DNA of 64,000 nucleotides, from positions 1 through 64,000 of the forward strand of contig MU271422.1 of the NCBI GenBank assembly GCA_021432655.1, written 5' to 3'. A program made the position numbers and the translations under genes. The stretch's first letter is position 1. Every line of letters begins with the position of its first letter. Positions 21,122 through 35,200 of the stretch are shown here, piece after piece. Below the pieces are notes generated by a model that saw only the letters and a list, made by a program, of their open reading frames with translations, did not search any database and was not told the DNA's origin. The stretch is from Atractiella rhizophila. Taxonomy: Eukaryota.

Positions 21122-23770
21122 TCAATCACAACCCGTCGACATCGCTGGCGGCGCGATCACAGCGTTCAGGGTATCAGAAAAATCTACAATCGAAGGCGAA
21201 GGGCTCTTCAAATAGGATCTTATCCCATCGGGGGATGGATCGAATGGCGATGTGACGATGGAGTTGAGAGTTTCAAGATGGTTGAAATGCTCTGCGTCCG
21301 GGATACTAGTGGATGGTAGACTATGAAGCACCATCAGCTACGAAGGAGTTTCGTCAACTTTTCGGTTCTCAGTGCCAAAGCAAAACCAGACCTCTTCTCT
21401 CAAAGCAGCAGCCTCAAGCTCCTCTTGAACGGTTGCTTGTTCTGCCACGTCAATCGCAAAGAACGAAAGGTGTTTCAAGATCACCATCAACCTAAGCGAC
21501 AAGGCAGACGAAAACCATCAGTCATGGGACAGAGTCGGACCAAACTAACCGGTGGATGAGCGCCTTTCGTTCCGGAAACCGCCTCGACCAAAGAAAGAGG
21601 TAACCTGGTTGGAACGAACTTCCAAACATGTGGATGAGCTTTCCACTGAAGCCGTCGTCGAGCATCGGCCTGGGCAGGACCATGTTTCTCCGGAGCACAA
21701 TGTCGAATGCGTCTAGTATTAGGTGGATTTGTTGGTCGCAGGCGAGGTGCACAGTTTGAGTCATTTCCACAAAGGCTCGATTGTCTGGCCAGAGTTCTCG
21801 GCAGGTCTGAAGGAGGCTTGCGACCATGAAGACTGTCTTGCATTCGCGACTTTGGATCATGATTGAAGTGGTGAAGTTCTCTTCTCCCGTTGAAGAGCGC
21901 AGATGTGCTTGTTCCCTGTTTTCGATCCCCTGCAGCGATTCAGTGATGATTTCGAAAGTTGATTCACGCCAGAGTCGAAAGTTTGCGCAGAGCTGAATCA
22001 TTTCGAGGCAAAGATGTTGTGCCTCCTCCTCGCTTACCACGCCTTGTTTGATCTTATCACCTACAGTGAGAAGCCAAAGAAGGAGAACGGTCAGCTCGCC
22101 GGGCCAAACTCAAGCCAAAAATGACGAACTCGAGAAGGCAAACCGTCGTCGTATGGTCCACGCGTTTATTTCTCCAGCGTAGGGCCATTGGCTTAACAGT
22201 CTCTCTTGATGCAGGTAGAAGTAGAATGGATCAATGTAGAGCTCCGGGTCCACATCTAAATTCTGGAGAGCGGTCTGAATCTCAGCATCCGCACTAAATA
22301 ATGACTCTCATTAAACGCTTTGAGATTGAAGAACTGTCACCTACAGAGCAGGTGGTTCCCCGCAGGCTGTATTGACGCTGATATCAAACACCTGGTACAA
22401 CGCGTCGATTAGTTTATTCGGAGTTTTATGTACGAAGGACATACAAATAGTGACTCAAAACAGCTCTCAAACTCCTCAGTCCCCCTTACTTCAACAGTCT
22501 GAGCCTGCAGGCAGATTTGTCTGAAACATTTCACGGCTAATCCAAGCAGAGGTTTCACAGATTCTACACTCCAGTTATGCGCCGAACTGATAATTGACAA
22601 GACTATTGTGAGTGAAGATAGATTAGGGCGATCGAGTAATGGTGATGTTGGCGACGACGCAGCGAAGTTGACGCATTGGCGCAACAGAGACATGCGAACG
22701 CTGTGACGGGCGTAACCTTGAGCGCGGAGGTCTAGTGGATTCTCCAAAGTTGTTGTTCGAGGTACCGAAGGCATACTGTGCCTACCAAGGACTGCCTTCG
22801 CGTCCAAGTCAGATTTGCACTTTCTAGCAGGAATGGCCATGATGGAAATATGAATGAAACGGAGGGAGCAAGTGACTAGAAGACACCATGAATGAACAAG
22901 AGATGTGACGTACCGAGTGTGAAGTCCATTTCACACCGAGCACCAAGATATAAGATATCCAAATCTGGAATAGTTTTATTCAGAACTCGAAAGCGGAAAT
23001 AAAATCTTCACATCAGTGTAGTCACTAAATCCTTTCGAGTTCTCCGCTTTGAGCTCCTGGTAGGAAGTGTAAGAAGCTGGTAACTCATGAGAACTAACGC
23101 CTCTGAGGATAGTAGGTGAGTAATCTATGCCCACTACTCCAAAGTCAGTGTGTCTCCTCAAGTGATAAGCGTACATCTTATTAGGTGGTCCCCGAGGCTC
23201 AATGCGAGCTGATGTCTTCCAAGTCTAGAGTTCAATTCCGATTCTCCCAATTGGATAGATTGAATCGACTTTAACATTTTCTTCGAGACATGCGAAAGTA
23301 AATGATCGTAGCCTTTTTTGTTGCCCGTCGCCCTGCTTTGTGCATCAGTGAGGCATAACTCCTGGGGAAAAGAGGAACGATGGGTACAGACCGAGCCTTC
23401 GATTTTGAGGCTGAAACATCTTTGACAGAACTTGAGACGTGGGTGGTTGCAGTGCCGGAAGATCCCCGCTTTTGCTTTTGCCGAATTTTCGCGATATCAG
23501 CGTACAAGGCCTTCGAGGAGCTATAAGCTCCTTCTGACAGTTGATTTAGGTCCCATCTAGATATGAGGTTCAGTGCCTCACAAATGAGAATGATGTCGTA
23601 AATACAAACCGTGTTCGCGCTGGGTCAACATCCGCATCATGGCGTTTGCGTTTTGACCCTTTCTTCACGAGTGAGCACGAAGTTCCTTCGTGTAAACATG
23701 GGAGGCACTGAGACCCCTGGGTGGAAGGAAGACAATCCCTCTTGTGAGTTTGACAAGCCACGCAGCTCAT
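21122..23770 (-). CDS. Zn(II)2Cys6 transcription factor, multi-exon
   Basis: MSCVACQTHKRDCLPSTQGSQCLPCLHEGTSC followed by basic KKGSKRKR. Downstream exon ORFs on the same strand run to 21122. Confidence 0.78.
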
Positions 23771-24406
23771 TGTAGCTAGTAGAGGCATCAGTCGTTGAAA
23801 ATTGCCTACATTCAAGGGCATACTTGGTAATGATATTTCTAATAGTTCACTTGATCCTCTCTACGCTTCAGAATCCATCTCGTACTAGTACCTGAATGAG
23901 AGCAGGCTTGAGATATTCTGACTGGCAAAGGGATTGCCTCACCTAGTTATTGCGTTACAGAAGTGCTGTATTGTAAAGCTAGGAAGATAATCACACTTGA
24001 AAAAGGGCCGCCATTGGGGTGAAAAGCTTCATGCTGATCTCTGGGCAACGGGCGGAAGTGCGGAAGCAAATGGTGGACTGGGTTGTGTCATAGTTATATT
24101 ATCACATGCAGTCTGAGAGTGTCTACTTCTAGTGTTTGGGTTGCGATTGTGGTGTCTCGCCGGCACAAAAGTTCAACAGACCTAAGTCTTGCAAAAAGAT
24201 GGCGGAGGAGATGGACAGGGATGGACTTCTTCAAGCACGCAAATGTGATCGAAAGCCATTTCTCCCAAAAATTATTGGTGCTCGACTTATGAACCAGCTA
24301 CAAGAGCTTGAAATGTGGACGATTGCTGGCCTATGAATGCAGGCTCTCGAAGTATTGATGTGTTTATGGAGATATTCTGTAATGCGACTGAAGTATATAA
24401 TCCAGT

Positions 24407-25868
24407 TCAAAAAGCCGTTCCCATTGCATTAGACGGCGCAGGATACCTTTTAAAATCAGTTTTCTGCTGCGTTCAAAAGCTGGACACACCTCATTCCCAC
24501 CACCTTGATCGCTTGCACAATCTCATCAAGCTCCATTAAATCTCCCGCTGACAGCTCTACTTCTGTAGCGACGAGGTTCTCGAGAAGATATGTCTCGTTC
24601 TTCGTTCCTGGGATAACGAAGATACTGATTTAAATAGCTTAGGTCGTTCTTGGCTAAAGGGAGATACATACTCATCTCCTTGTGCCAACACCCAGGCGAG
24701 AGCCAGTTGACCGGTCGTGCACAGTTTCCTGTCTGCCACTTTCTGCACAGCATCTACCAGTTTCATATTCTTTGATAGTGTTTGAGCACAATGCAAAACG
24801 GCGAAGAAAATGAGATACCTCTTCGAACGCGTCTTTCCGGAAACGAGGACTCACAGCCCTTATATCGTCTTTCCCAAAATCCTCTGGCTTATATGCACCA
24901 GTGAGAAATCCCGTTCTCCATCAATCTCCCATGAACGGCAGAAAGGAGATGTTATGCGTACCTCTTCCTAGTGGAGAATACGCGACAATCCCAATGCCTA
25001 ACTCGCGACAAGTGTCCAATATCCCGTTTGTCCTAATGTCCGGTGTCCATAACGAGAATTCAATCTCGCAGGCTTGGATAGGTGCGATGGAATGCGCCTT
25101 CCTGATCTCCTCAGGTGTCGCCTCGCATATTCCAAGATGGTTAATCTTTCCTTCCTTCTGTAGTTTTGCGAGTTCTGCCCATGTTTCTTCAATGGTGATG
25201 GTACGGTCGACCTCCAATTTGTGTCAGAGAGACGGTAGATGGATATGAGGGATGACCTACACGCGATTGATAGTATAAGTCGATGGTATCCACTTGTAGC
25301 CTTGCCAAAGAGGCTTCGCATGATTGTCTAACTACTTCGGGTTTGCCTGAAATACGGAGCTTCCCATCCTTATCAAACACTGAGCCAAACTGTGCAATTC
25401 TTCATCAGATCTTGAACTCCTTATTCACGAGGAGAAGCACCTTCGTCGCGATAAAGCACTTTTTCCTATACTCTGGATCTTGCAAAACGCTTCCAATTAA
25501 GACCTCGTTCTTGCCATTCCCATACTTGAACAGGTTTTATCAGTGGGTTGAACTTTATATGGAGAAAACGCACAGAGCTGCTGTGTCAACATGTTGAATT
25601 CCCAAATCGAGAACCTAATCAGGATTGGCGATCAATTCGGTGCCGCAACAAGTAAGAGGCTCCACTATGCCTTTTTCAAGAGCCTCCTGCTCTCTTCGTC
25701 TGACAGGGAACCTTGATAGAAAGCTGAGAGCCCCATAGCGCCGTATCCAAGGGCTGGGACTAGGTCATCGCAAGCCGATATCAACGAAGCTGCTAGCATT
25801 AAGGCTAAGAAGGAGAGCACACTGTAGGGGCCATTTTTGCCTAATTGTCTAAGGGAATTCTTCGACAT
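24407..25868 (-). CDS. Aldo-keto reductase (YakC/AKR13-like), paralog 1
   Basis: [76 protein letters not shown]...[12 protein letters not shown]. Confidence 0.92.
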
Positions 25869-26489
25869 TATACACTAGGAGTATACGTCTTCTGTTCGTT
25901 TTAGGAATCTATGATTCTTAACTGTGCACGGCGCATCGCACTGTTTTATAGGAAGCTAGACTTGCTTGATATATCGTAGCAAGCTACTGGAGGCCGCGCC
26001 TTCAGTCAGTATCATTCCCCGATTTCGGACTATGCGACTGAATTCACGGGCAGCACGTCCCGTCTCCTCCTCAGCAAGCAGCGAAAGAAAACTCGGCGTC
26101 CATCATCTAGCCTCAGGGAGAAGTTTCCATTTGCTCCTTTTCTCCTCCGATTTCGGACTGATGCATCTCGACAACTTGAACTGCAACCGTGTAATGCGGT
26201 ATGGATATAGCGGTTGTTGGTTGAACACGACTATGGTAAGAAAGAACGGCACGTAGCCGAATTCGGGGACTGGATATCTTTTTCAGATAACTTTATAGCA
26301 ATGGCCAATAGAGATGCTATACGATTATTAATGAACAGTATCGAGCCAATGAACCTTGTTAAAGTGAATGTTAACACTTCAATGTTAGTCTTTGTCTAGT
26401 CAAGCACTTGCGTTACCAACGTCCATCCCACAACTTTGTCCTTCACGTATCTTCCACTCGTTCTCCAGTGCCCTCGAGCGCCAGACGTC

Positions 26490-27146
26490 ATGGCCACTCC
26501 ACCAGAATCCAGCCAAGCAGCCGCCACCAACCCGACAGGAACACCATTCTACGAGCTCTACCGCAGGTCAACCATTGGTGTTGCTCTCATGGATTCGCTA
26601 GACGAACTAATACAAAGTGGACATATCAACCCTCAGCTGGCTTTGAAAGTGTTGCACCAGGTGCGTTCCTTGGCTACTCATGAGCAGACGGGTAGCTATT
26701 GTCGCATGACTTGATTCTACTTTTGTGTTTAAGAAATCCTCTGCTACCAAAAGCATATTTGTGCTGCCATGAGCGACATATGAGCTGTGGACAGGACATG
26801 GAACGCGTCACTGACACGTGAATTTTTCTTTTGTGGCGTTACAGTTCGACAGAGCAGCGGCAGCAGCCCTCAGCACAAATCAGACAAAATCAAAAGCTAC
26901 GATTAAAGGGCATTTGAGCACGTATCGGTTATGTGATGAGGTGTGGACCTTCATGGTAAAGGTCTGTCCGTCCCTTTGTTCCCCCCCAATTCATCCTATG
27001 TCCGCTACCAAACCCACTAATGGTAGATTCTGTGTGGGTTATAGGACGCTACCTTTAAGATGGAGGGAGGAGAATCGATAAAAACGGACAAGTGCAAGAT
27101 TGTAGCTTGTAAGAGCAGTGCAGCAGGTGGAACCAATGCCGGGTAG
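26490..27146 (+). CDS. TOA2: Transcription initiation factor IIA gamma (small) subunit
   Basis: [41 protein letters not shown]...[16 protein letters not shown]...KIVACK; two introns. Confidence 0.97.
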
Positions 27147-27479
27147 TGAGAGACTCAGAAGGGAGGACTTTGACTTTGGAGGAGGTTCGTACTCTGTTTG
27201 TGTATCTGAGGCGATGTACGAGTAGTGTAATACTACTTTTGGCTTTCTTTGCGATCGTCTGCTCGTTGTCGAACAGAAACGATCATGAGGCTATTCCAGC
27301 TCTGAGGAATATTGTTGCTTATGAGCCTTCTCCAAGGCAATGCTTCTACGCTCATATTCGCTGAATCATCTCGTCGATTTCTTCAACTTTTTCTCACACA
27401 CTAAGGCACGTTAGAAGGCATATTTTAATTTATTTGACTTGCAGGATGTATTGTCTTAACATACTAAAATTACAACTGC

Positions 27480-28970
27480 TCAAAAGGCGGTACCGACGAC
27501 ATTGGAGGGAGCTGGGTACCTAGGAAAGCATAAGCAGAACCCAGTAAAAATGTTACAATAACAAACCTCATTCCCACGACTTTGATTTTCTCCACAATGG
27601 CGTCGATTTCTTTGAGGTCTTCAGCAGACAGCTTGACCTCCGTCGAGCCGACGTTCTCAAGGAGATATTTTTCATTTTTAGTTCCAGGGATGGCGAAGAA
27701 GCTACAGCGATCTGTCAGATTCCTGCTGATGCAAATATGGAGGAACCGCTTACTCGTCTCCTTGCGCGAGAACCCAAGCGAGCGCCAGTTGACCTGCCGA
27801 ACAATTCTTCTTCGTCGCAATCTCTTTGACTGCATTAACTAGTTTCATGTTCTGCAAGCCAACGTGAGCTCATTCCCTCTGTCAAATGGCAATACCAGAG
27901 GTTACCTCGTCGAACGCCTCTTTCTGAAAACGAGGGTTAATGGATCTGAAATCGCCTTGTTTGAAATCCTCAGGCTTGTATGCGCCAGTGAGGAATCCTT
28001 TTCCTCCAAGTCAGAGCCGTAACACAAGCAGAAGCATGTACATACCTCTGCCTAGAGGAGAATAAGCGACAATCGCGATCCCCAGTTCGCGGCAGGTGTC
28101 CAAGATACCATTTGTCCTATGAGCATCTCTATCAGCGTGGAAATGCCAAAGTGGTAAGAGACGAGCCTGATATCAGGCGTCCACAATGAGAATTCGATTT
28201 GGAGAGCAGATATAGGAGCAACAGCGTGCGCCTTCCTGAGCTCATCAGCTGTCGCCTCGCTGATTCCAAGGTGCTTGATCTTTCCTTCCTTTTGCAGCGC
28301 TGCCAATTCCTTCCAAGTTTCCTCAATCGGGATGTTTCGGTCCACTCGATGTTGATAGTAAAGGTCGATAGAATCCACTTGCAGTCGCTTGAGTGAATCT
28401 TCGCACCATTGCCTCACGACCTCGGGTTTCCCTGACAAATACATCTTTCCTTCTGGATCATACATGGCTCCGAACTGAAGTGCTCGCGTTCATATGCCAG
28501 GGAAAGTGAATGGAGAAATGCACAAACCTTTGTTGCGATGAAGCACTTCTTGCGGTATTCAGGATCACTCAGCACCGTCCCGATCAATGATTCGTTCTTT
28601 CCAGCACCATAACTAATTCGATCGCCATTTGTCAGCGACAATCACTGCACGCATAAGCAAGAAATAATACAGGATAGCAGTATCGATGTGCTGCACTCCA
28701 AGATCGAGGACCTATCATTCCATCATCAGTACAGTGTCTTGTGGACGAACAATAAGGATAAGACGGCGGCGATACCTTCTTCAATAGCGCTTTGCTTTCC
28801 TCCTCGGGTTTCAATTGACCATAGAAGGCAGAGAGACCCATAGCACCAAATCCAAGCGCGGGGACTGGCCGAGCACCAGCACAGGCGTCAACGCCATAAT
28901 CTATTGGCTGGAAGGGCTTACTGCGTGGACCATTCTTGCCTAATTGTCTGACAGGGTTGCTTGAGGTCAT
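27480..28970 (-). CDS. Aldo-keto reductase (YakC/AKR13-like), paralog 2
   Basis: [78 protein letters not shown]...[12 protein letters not shown]. Confidence 0.93.
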
Positions 28971-29399
28971 CGTCGTAAACTCGTAGATGATCAAAACGTG
29001 TTGTGGTGTTGTTGAGTTGGGGGGAAAGAGATGTCGAAGCTGTCTGGATTTTATGTCCTGGAAATAAACAAAAGCTCCACCGGTCTCACCACTGATGTAC
29101 CTGATGTTTGCTAGTCGCAGCAAAGGGGAGCTCCTCCAAGTCTTGTGGCCGCGCACTACTCTCAGTATCTCTCAGCGCCCCGCACGGCCATAATCCAGCC
29201 CGCTCTCTCCTTGATTCCTCGACGCAAGAGCAAGCAGCTCCACCCGGCAAACTTCCAAAGGCAAAGTGGAGCCCGCCACCCCCAACATGCCGGTCGCGGC
29301 GATGCCTTTCAGGATCCAAGTTTTATCGCTTCACCTCATCCTCTGGATTACCAATCTACCCCGCGTTGAGACATTAGCAGGACAATGACGCAAATTCGA

Positions 29400-30760
29400 G
29401 CTCGATTCTGCTAGAAACTTGAAGACTCTGCCAACCCCCGCCAATGGCACGAATGCATCTCAACATCTCAACAATCTCAAACTCGGGTCATTAACCATCT
29501 CCCATTGGCATAGGTCGATTCGGAGCTCCTCGTTCGTTCTCAATCGTTCTCAACAGTACCCTATGGTCCTCCGCTTAACTCTCCTCGAAAGACCCCTATA
29601 GTCTGCCGTTTCTCAGCAAAGCAGTATGGACACCACCCTCTCACGATCGATTCATCTTTGGGCTGTGATGCTCTTCTCTAGCATCCTCACAGTTTGAATT
29701 TGGATCTCTAACGAGCTCTAACTCTGTTCATCCGAACCGAAAGCACTCAAATGGCCGGAGTTTTCGACGTGATCACAATCTAACACAGGCAAGAACCAAT
29801 CACTCGCTTTAGTACTTCTTTTCACCCAACATACTCATCAGGATTCTTAGGAACCCGGTGCGAGTTAATTTTTTCCTAGCTCTCATACTCTTGGACTATG
29901 ATTCTGCGAAGATGCCCTCAGAATTGTTGTGCTCCTCACCTGCAGTTCTCGACGCCGTCACACAGGTCAACATTTGGGGAAACATCAGGTGTCTCCGGAG
30001 GTTAAACGGTTTCCATCTGCACATTCATCCATGGACATGACGGTTCGAGGAAGAGGAGGAAAGGGAGGTGGAGAGGTTTACAGGAAGATCAGATACCTCA
30101 GCGTTTGATATGAAGATTCGTCCCCACCACCTTTACTTCTTCGGCGTCAGTCAGCCTTCAGTTACCTCCTAGCCTTTGACACTTGGATCTTATCGGTACC
30201 CAACGGTCCCATCTCTCTCCCTTCCACACATGCTGCAGACCCTGGCACTGTCAGAAATATGTCTCCGCCATCCCTCCAGCACAGGCTCCCTCTACCACAA
30301 TTCTAAAACTTTCCAGCTCAAACTCGCCCCGTTCTCTGCTGATGGAAATGCCTCCATCCAACTATCTCCGATGGACTGCTCTCACCTCGGACAGCTCACC
30401 TCCCTCACCCTCGACTGTGGTGAGGAAACTTCGAACTTTGTTACCCGCAGGTTCTTGGGCATACTCAAAAATGCAAAGAAGAGATGAGGAGCATACAACT
30501 TGAGTATCGTCCGGTGGACTGGTTCGATTTCCGAGAATTCATCCCCTGCTTGTTCGGCGATCGCGGAGTGAAAAGGAAGCCGTACTGAACAGAAGAAAAG
30601 GACTCCAAAACGCTGACTGAAGGTTCATTTATTCTTTGGAGAATGGGATAAAGAGAAAGATCGCCGATCTGAATGTGAGAGTGTGGGGTGAAGGACGAAC
30701 AGTCAAGGATATCAGACGATCAAACTTGAAGGCGTTTCAAGATACTCAAGATGTTGACAC
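29400..30760 (+). pseudogene. Possible degenerate F-box/LRR-like gene relic
   Basis: LRR-like fragments (LQTLALSEI, LGQLTSLTLDC) broken by stops and frame changes. Confidence 0.25.
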
Positions 30761-31074
30761 ATGTTCAAGTAACGCTGAGTCTCCAGTGATCCCATCACTG
30801 TCATCGTTGCCTTTGGCTTCGTCGCATGTCGCCGAAGGTGAACTTTCTATTCTAAGTTCGACCTATCCATTCGACTCAGTGGCGGCGCATTCAATATTCA
30901 CGCTCCCCCAGGACATCTTAGCGAGCTGGGACGATTAGTATAGTCAGGTCAGATAGCTGAGGGTCATATAAAATTCATCAGTTGCCTGCCAATTAGATTT
31001 ATTGAAGGTTATCACTCGGTGGTATCATTGTTCCAAATTAATACACATGAAGCAGTACTGTCCTCGTACATGTG

Positions 31075-31971
31075 TTACGAGGTGCTTTCCAGGCCGCAAA
31101 AATGGCTGACATCCCCTCGTATGAGCCACAGCTCCTCACCATCCTTGAGAAATTTATCTAGTTGTTCTGAATAGGAAGGAATCTTGATCGAATCCATTGT
31201 TGGAACAGCGACGTGTAAAATCTACGCTCTTTGGCTTAGAGGCAAAATATAAACAATGGGATGATTAGTCAGTCACCTTTGATGGATCAGTGACGCGGTT
31301 GTTCACGTTCGAGAGCTGGAACTGATCAGCCATGAGGTCGAGAGCCTTCCCAACAGTTGTATTCTATATGGGACCTTCAACATTTAGCTTTGCAACTAAA
31401 TTCAGGAACGTACCTTGTGAAACCACAGCTCCTTCTTCTCTGATTCCTTCAGTCCCATACCTGTTATCTCTCCAATCCAAACGACGGAAAGGAACAGCTT
31501 CTCATTTCGCTTCACATCCTTCTCTTTCTCATTCTTTGACGCTGCTTTCGCTCGCTGACGAAGCTTGATCAGGCGAACTGTATCACTGTCTTTCTTACCA
31601 GCCTTTTCCTGCTTTTCTTTATCTTTCAACCCCAACTTTTCTCTCATCAGGCGCACTCTCTCAGCGACCTCTCTGTTCCTCTCGTCCTTCACAGCTTCCC
31701 TCGCAGCTTGGGCCACTTCATGTCTATCTCTTGAGGGCACAAGCTCCTTATAAGTCCCTCCACCTACAACGTTGCTGCTGGTCGATTCTGAGATTGCCGG
31801 AACAGGTGGAGGGGCGGAGCAGGAATGGGTGTCTGGTCGAAAGTGCGAGGAACAGAAGGGAGCTCTGCAGTTGGGACAGGGTAGTGGAAGGAAGTCAATT
31901 TGTAAGCAGGAATGGTGCGAACATTGCGCCCCGATGGCCATGAGTGCACTGTCCTTCTCTTGTGTCGCCAT
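31075..31971 (-). CDS. AN1-type zinc finger protein (Cuz1/ZFAND1-like)
   Basis: IGAQCSHHSCLQIDFLPLPCPNCRAPFCSSHFRPDTHSC. The C-terminal UBL-like part includes LWFHK..TVGKALDLMADQF and LKDGEELWLIRG. Confidence 0.88.
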
Positions 31972-32297
31972 GCCCTGTTGTTCAACTCTGGAGGTTGGCC
32001 CTGCTCGATCTAAGTAGGATTTGTTTGGTCTTGCGCCGTATTTGCTGGTCTAATCTGGGTTCAGCGGCTCGTCAGCTGGAATTCTTGAAGTTCAAATTGC
32101 GAATGGACTGCCTTGAAGAGGTAGCATACTGGTGCAGCAGCGATTTACCGTTCAACAGCAACATCTCTTTCCGTAGCAAGTACAAAATTACAATTTTGAG
32201 TGTGCGAAATGACAAATTTTACTGTGGTCATAAGATGGACTTTCCCGGTGTTTACATGTTAGCGTTTCTAGCCAGCTTGCGCTTTACTCGTCGAAGT

Positions 32298-35200
32298 TCA
32301 AATCGCTAGGCCAATATCATTAGCAATGACGATTGCTCCCTTCTCTCCAACCATGAGAGCAGAAGCATATAGGTGCTACGGACAGCGTCAAATTAGCTGG
32401 GTCAGCGAGTGACGGAATGAAATACTCCTCCGATTGGTGCTGGAATGATCGACATGTCTATTACCTTGAGCTTGTTGACCCCATAGACATTCAACCTTCC
32501 TTTCTCGATTAGATACATCCTCGAGTGGGAGCAGAGACGAACCGACTATCCACGACTCCATTCTGATCCCTAGATTTCATGGCACATGTGCCCATCTAAC
32601 CAGAGAACAAAGCATGCTTTCTTTTTCTTTTGTCCTCCAGGGCTGAGAGGGGCTTACAGAATGATAAGTAGTCGCGACTGTGTTCCGGATCCACTCCTCG
32701 ATTGCCTTATTATCCTCCTCCGAGTACGTCACCACCTCGTTCTCAGGCTCCTTAATCGGATCCCACTCCTCAGAAACCATCCATTCGTTATTGAGGTCCT
32801 TTACTCGAGCGCTGGAGTACGGCGCAAACTTGGGATGGGCGTCCGCTAGCTCGCCTTGGAGGCAGGTCATGCGCCGAACGATTTCTCGCGCTGATTCGTC
32901 ATTTGTTGCTCAGTGATTTGCGCGTTGGGATGAAAGAAATGATGGAGTCGAACCTTTCTTGTAACCCCAAACGAGAGGAGCCATATCAGCATCGTTCGAC
33001 AGAAATCCTGGGTCATAAGTGACCTGTGCCCCCGGAGCTGGACTATTGATATGAATGCTTCCTATAACCTCGCATTACCGACCTTTCTCACTAGCAGTGA
33101 TGATACCTGCCTCGACTTTCAGGATATGCAGCCCAGCTCAGCACCTGAAACCCTTTCTCCACTATCCCGGTCCGCTTGGGGCTGTTGGGATTGATGACCA
33201 ACGTAGCTATGACAGTGAGGCAGACGAGAGGCTTGTCGTGGAAATGGGAGAAAGAATTGTTCCACACGGATTGGAATGAAGGCGAATTCATAGAGGTTAT
33301 CTCATCGTTTGTTGGTCGAAGCTTCGCACCTGGCATTCCAACCAATTAATTCAGTTGACATAGAGAGTGCGAGCGACTCGGAACAACCGACCAGCATCGA
33401 TCCCGTTCGTTGTGAAGAGCCCGCGGCCGCCCTCGAGGAAATCTTTCTCCGCCCTTTGGACTGTTTCCGGGTTCTGAGTGAAGAGAGGATCGAGGGTCTC
33501 CTGATCCAAGCTTGTCCGATATTTCGACACCATCACTTCGTTCAATGATCTCAGTCTAGGCCTGTGTCTACTGAAAACGGCGTACATGGGTGATCCATCA
33601 GACTTGAGCAGTCCGCACTCAGGTCTCTTTCTTTCAATGAAGGGAGAGAACCCACTTACCACTCCCCCACCCCTCTCAAGTCCACCCTGCAAGGAATCCC
33701 TGCCCTCTCGAGGACCTCCCTCCTTCCCACTCCGCTCCTCTCCAACACAATCGACGAACCCAACGCTCCACATCCGAGAACACACAGCATCCTCGCCCGC
33801 ACCTCCATCCTTCCTCCCACCCTCGTCTCCACCTCGAACCCTTCCGCGTTAGGCGGATCATTTGCGCTGAGGAGGACGCGGACAACAGTGGCCTGGGTCA
33901 GGATGTGCAGATTTGGGTTGGCTGAAGGTTGAGAGGGAGAGGTGGCGCTGTGAACTGAGGGGTTGAGTGGGAGGAGGTAGTTGAGAGAGGAGGTCCGGGT
34001 TCCTGTTCGGTTGTCGATGTACTACTCTACCATTCGTGAATGAGTCAGAATAACCGAATGAGAAATCTGACCTTTGGGACCGCGAACACTGCGTTTGAAG
34101 TTGCAAAGTCTTGTGCACTGTTATAGGGGGCGAGAGCATTAGCGGAACGAGCATTGTGGTTATCGAAAAGGACGAAAGAAGGAGATCAGAGTGGACAATG
34201 ATCCGAAGATTCCGGTATTGATTTCTCTCGTCGTCCCGTCCCGTCCCCCCTCTTTTTGAATAAAGGAAGAACAGTCGAGACGAACGACGAAGAGCATTAG
34301 CGGAACGAGCATTGTGGTTATCGAAAAGGACGAAAGAAGGAGATCAGAGTGGACAATGGTCCGAAGATTCCGGTATTGATTTCTCTCGTCGTCCCGTCCC
34401 GTCCCCTCTTTTTGAATAAAGGAAGAACAGTCGAGACGAACGACGTCAACTGGCCCCGGCTTCTCTCATCATTTCTCCTCTTTTCTTTCATGCACAAACA
34501 AGCTCGATGTCTTGCACGGGTTAAATCACTTAAGCCAATGCGCGCGACACAAAAGCAAAGCGGAAGAAGGGAAGGCGAATGATGCGTACTCAGTCTTGAA
34601 AGGCACACCCACCGCTCTCGCCGCCTGTATGAATTGTGCGCCGACAGAGAGTTGGTTTCCTCCGTAGCTGACCTGTCCCAGAAAGTATGACGATCAGAAA
34701 CACGGGAAAGAGTGAGACAGAAGTAGAAGGGAGTGACGAACCTTCACTGGCCCATCACTCCCATGTATCGTTGCAACTGCACCTGGTATTTGATAGTTTT
34801 CGCTCTACGCATGCAACTTTATCGTTATCACCATCCATCCTCAAAACTAGAAGCGAGAAAGGAGGCACCTTCCGATAGAGAGGGAGGAGATCCTTTGCAG
34901 TCCTTCACGCTTCAGTGTCAGAGCGAACACGATGATCAGGCAAGCGTACCATCCTTCCATCCTCCACGAGTCAAAGTCAGACGCCGAACCTCGCGTGTAT
35001 GCGCCTAACGAGACTACAAACGGGAATCTTTTGAGAACAGCTCTCGCAGAAAAGACGCCAAACAGGACAGTGAGAGGGCGTACTGCAGGAGCTGCCGCCG
35101 ACAGTGGAACCTGTTCCACCCAATTCCTTTCGTGAGTCCCAAATCAAACAAACGTGAAAGTGGAACAGACCATAACAACTCCATTGCGTTCTACCTCCCA

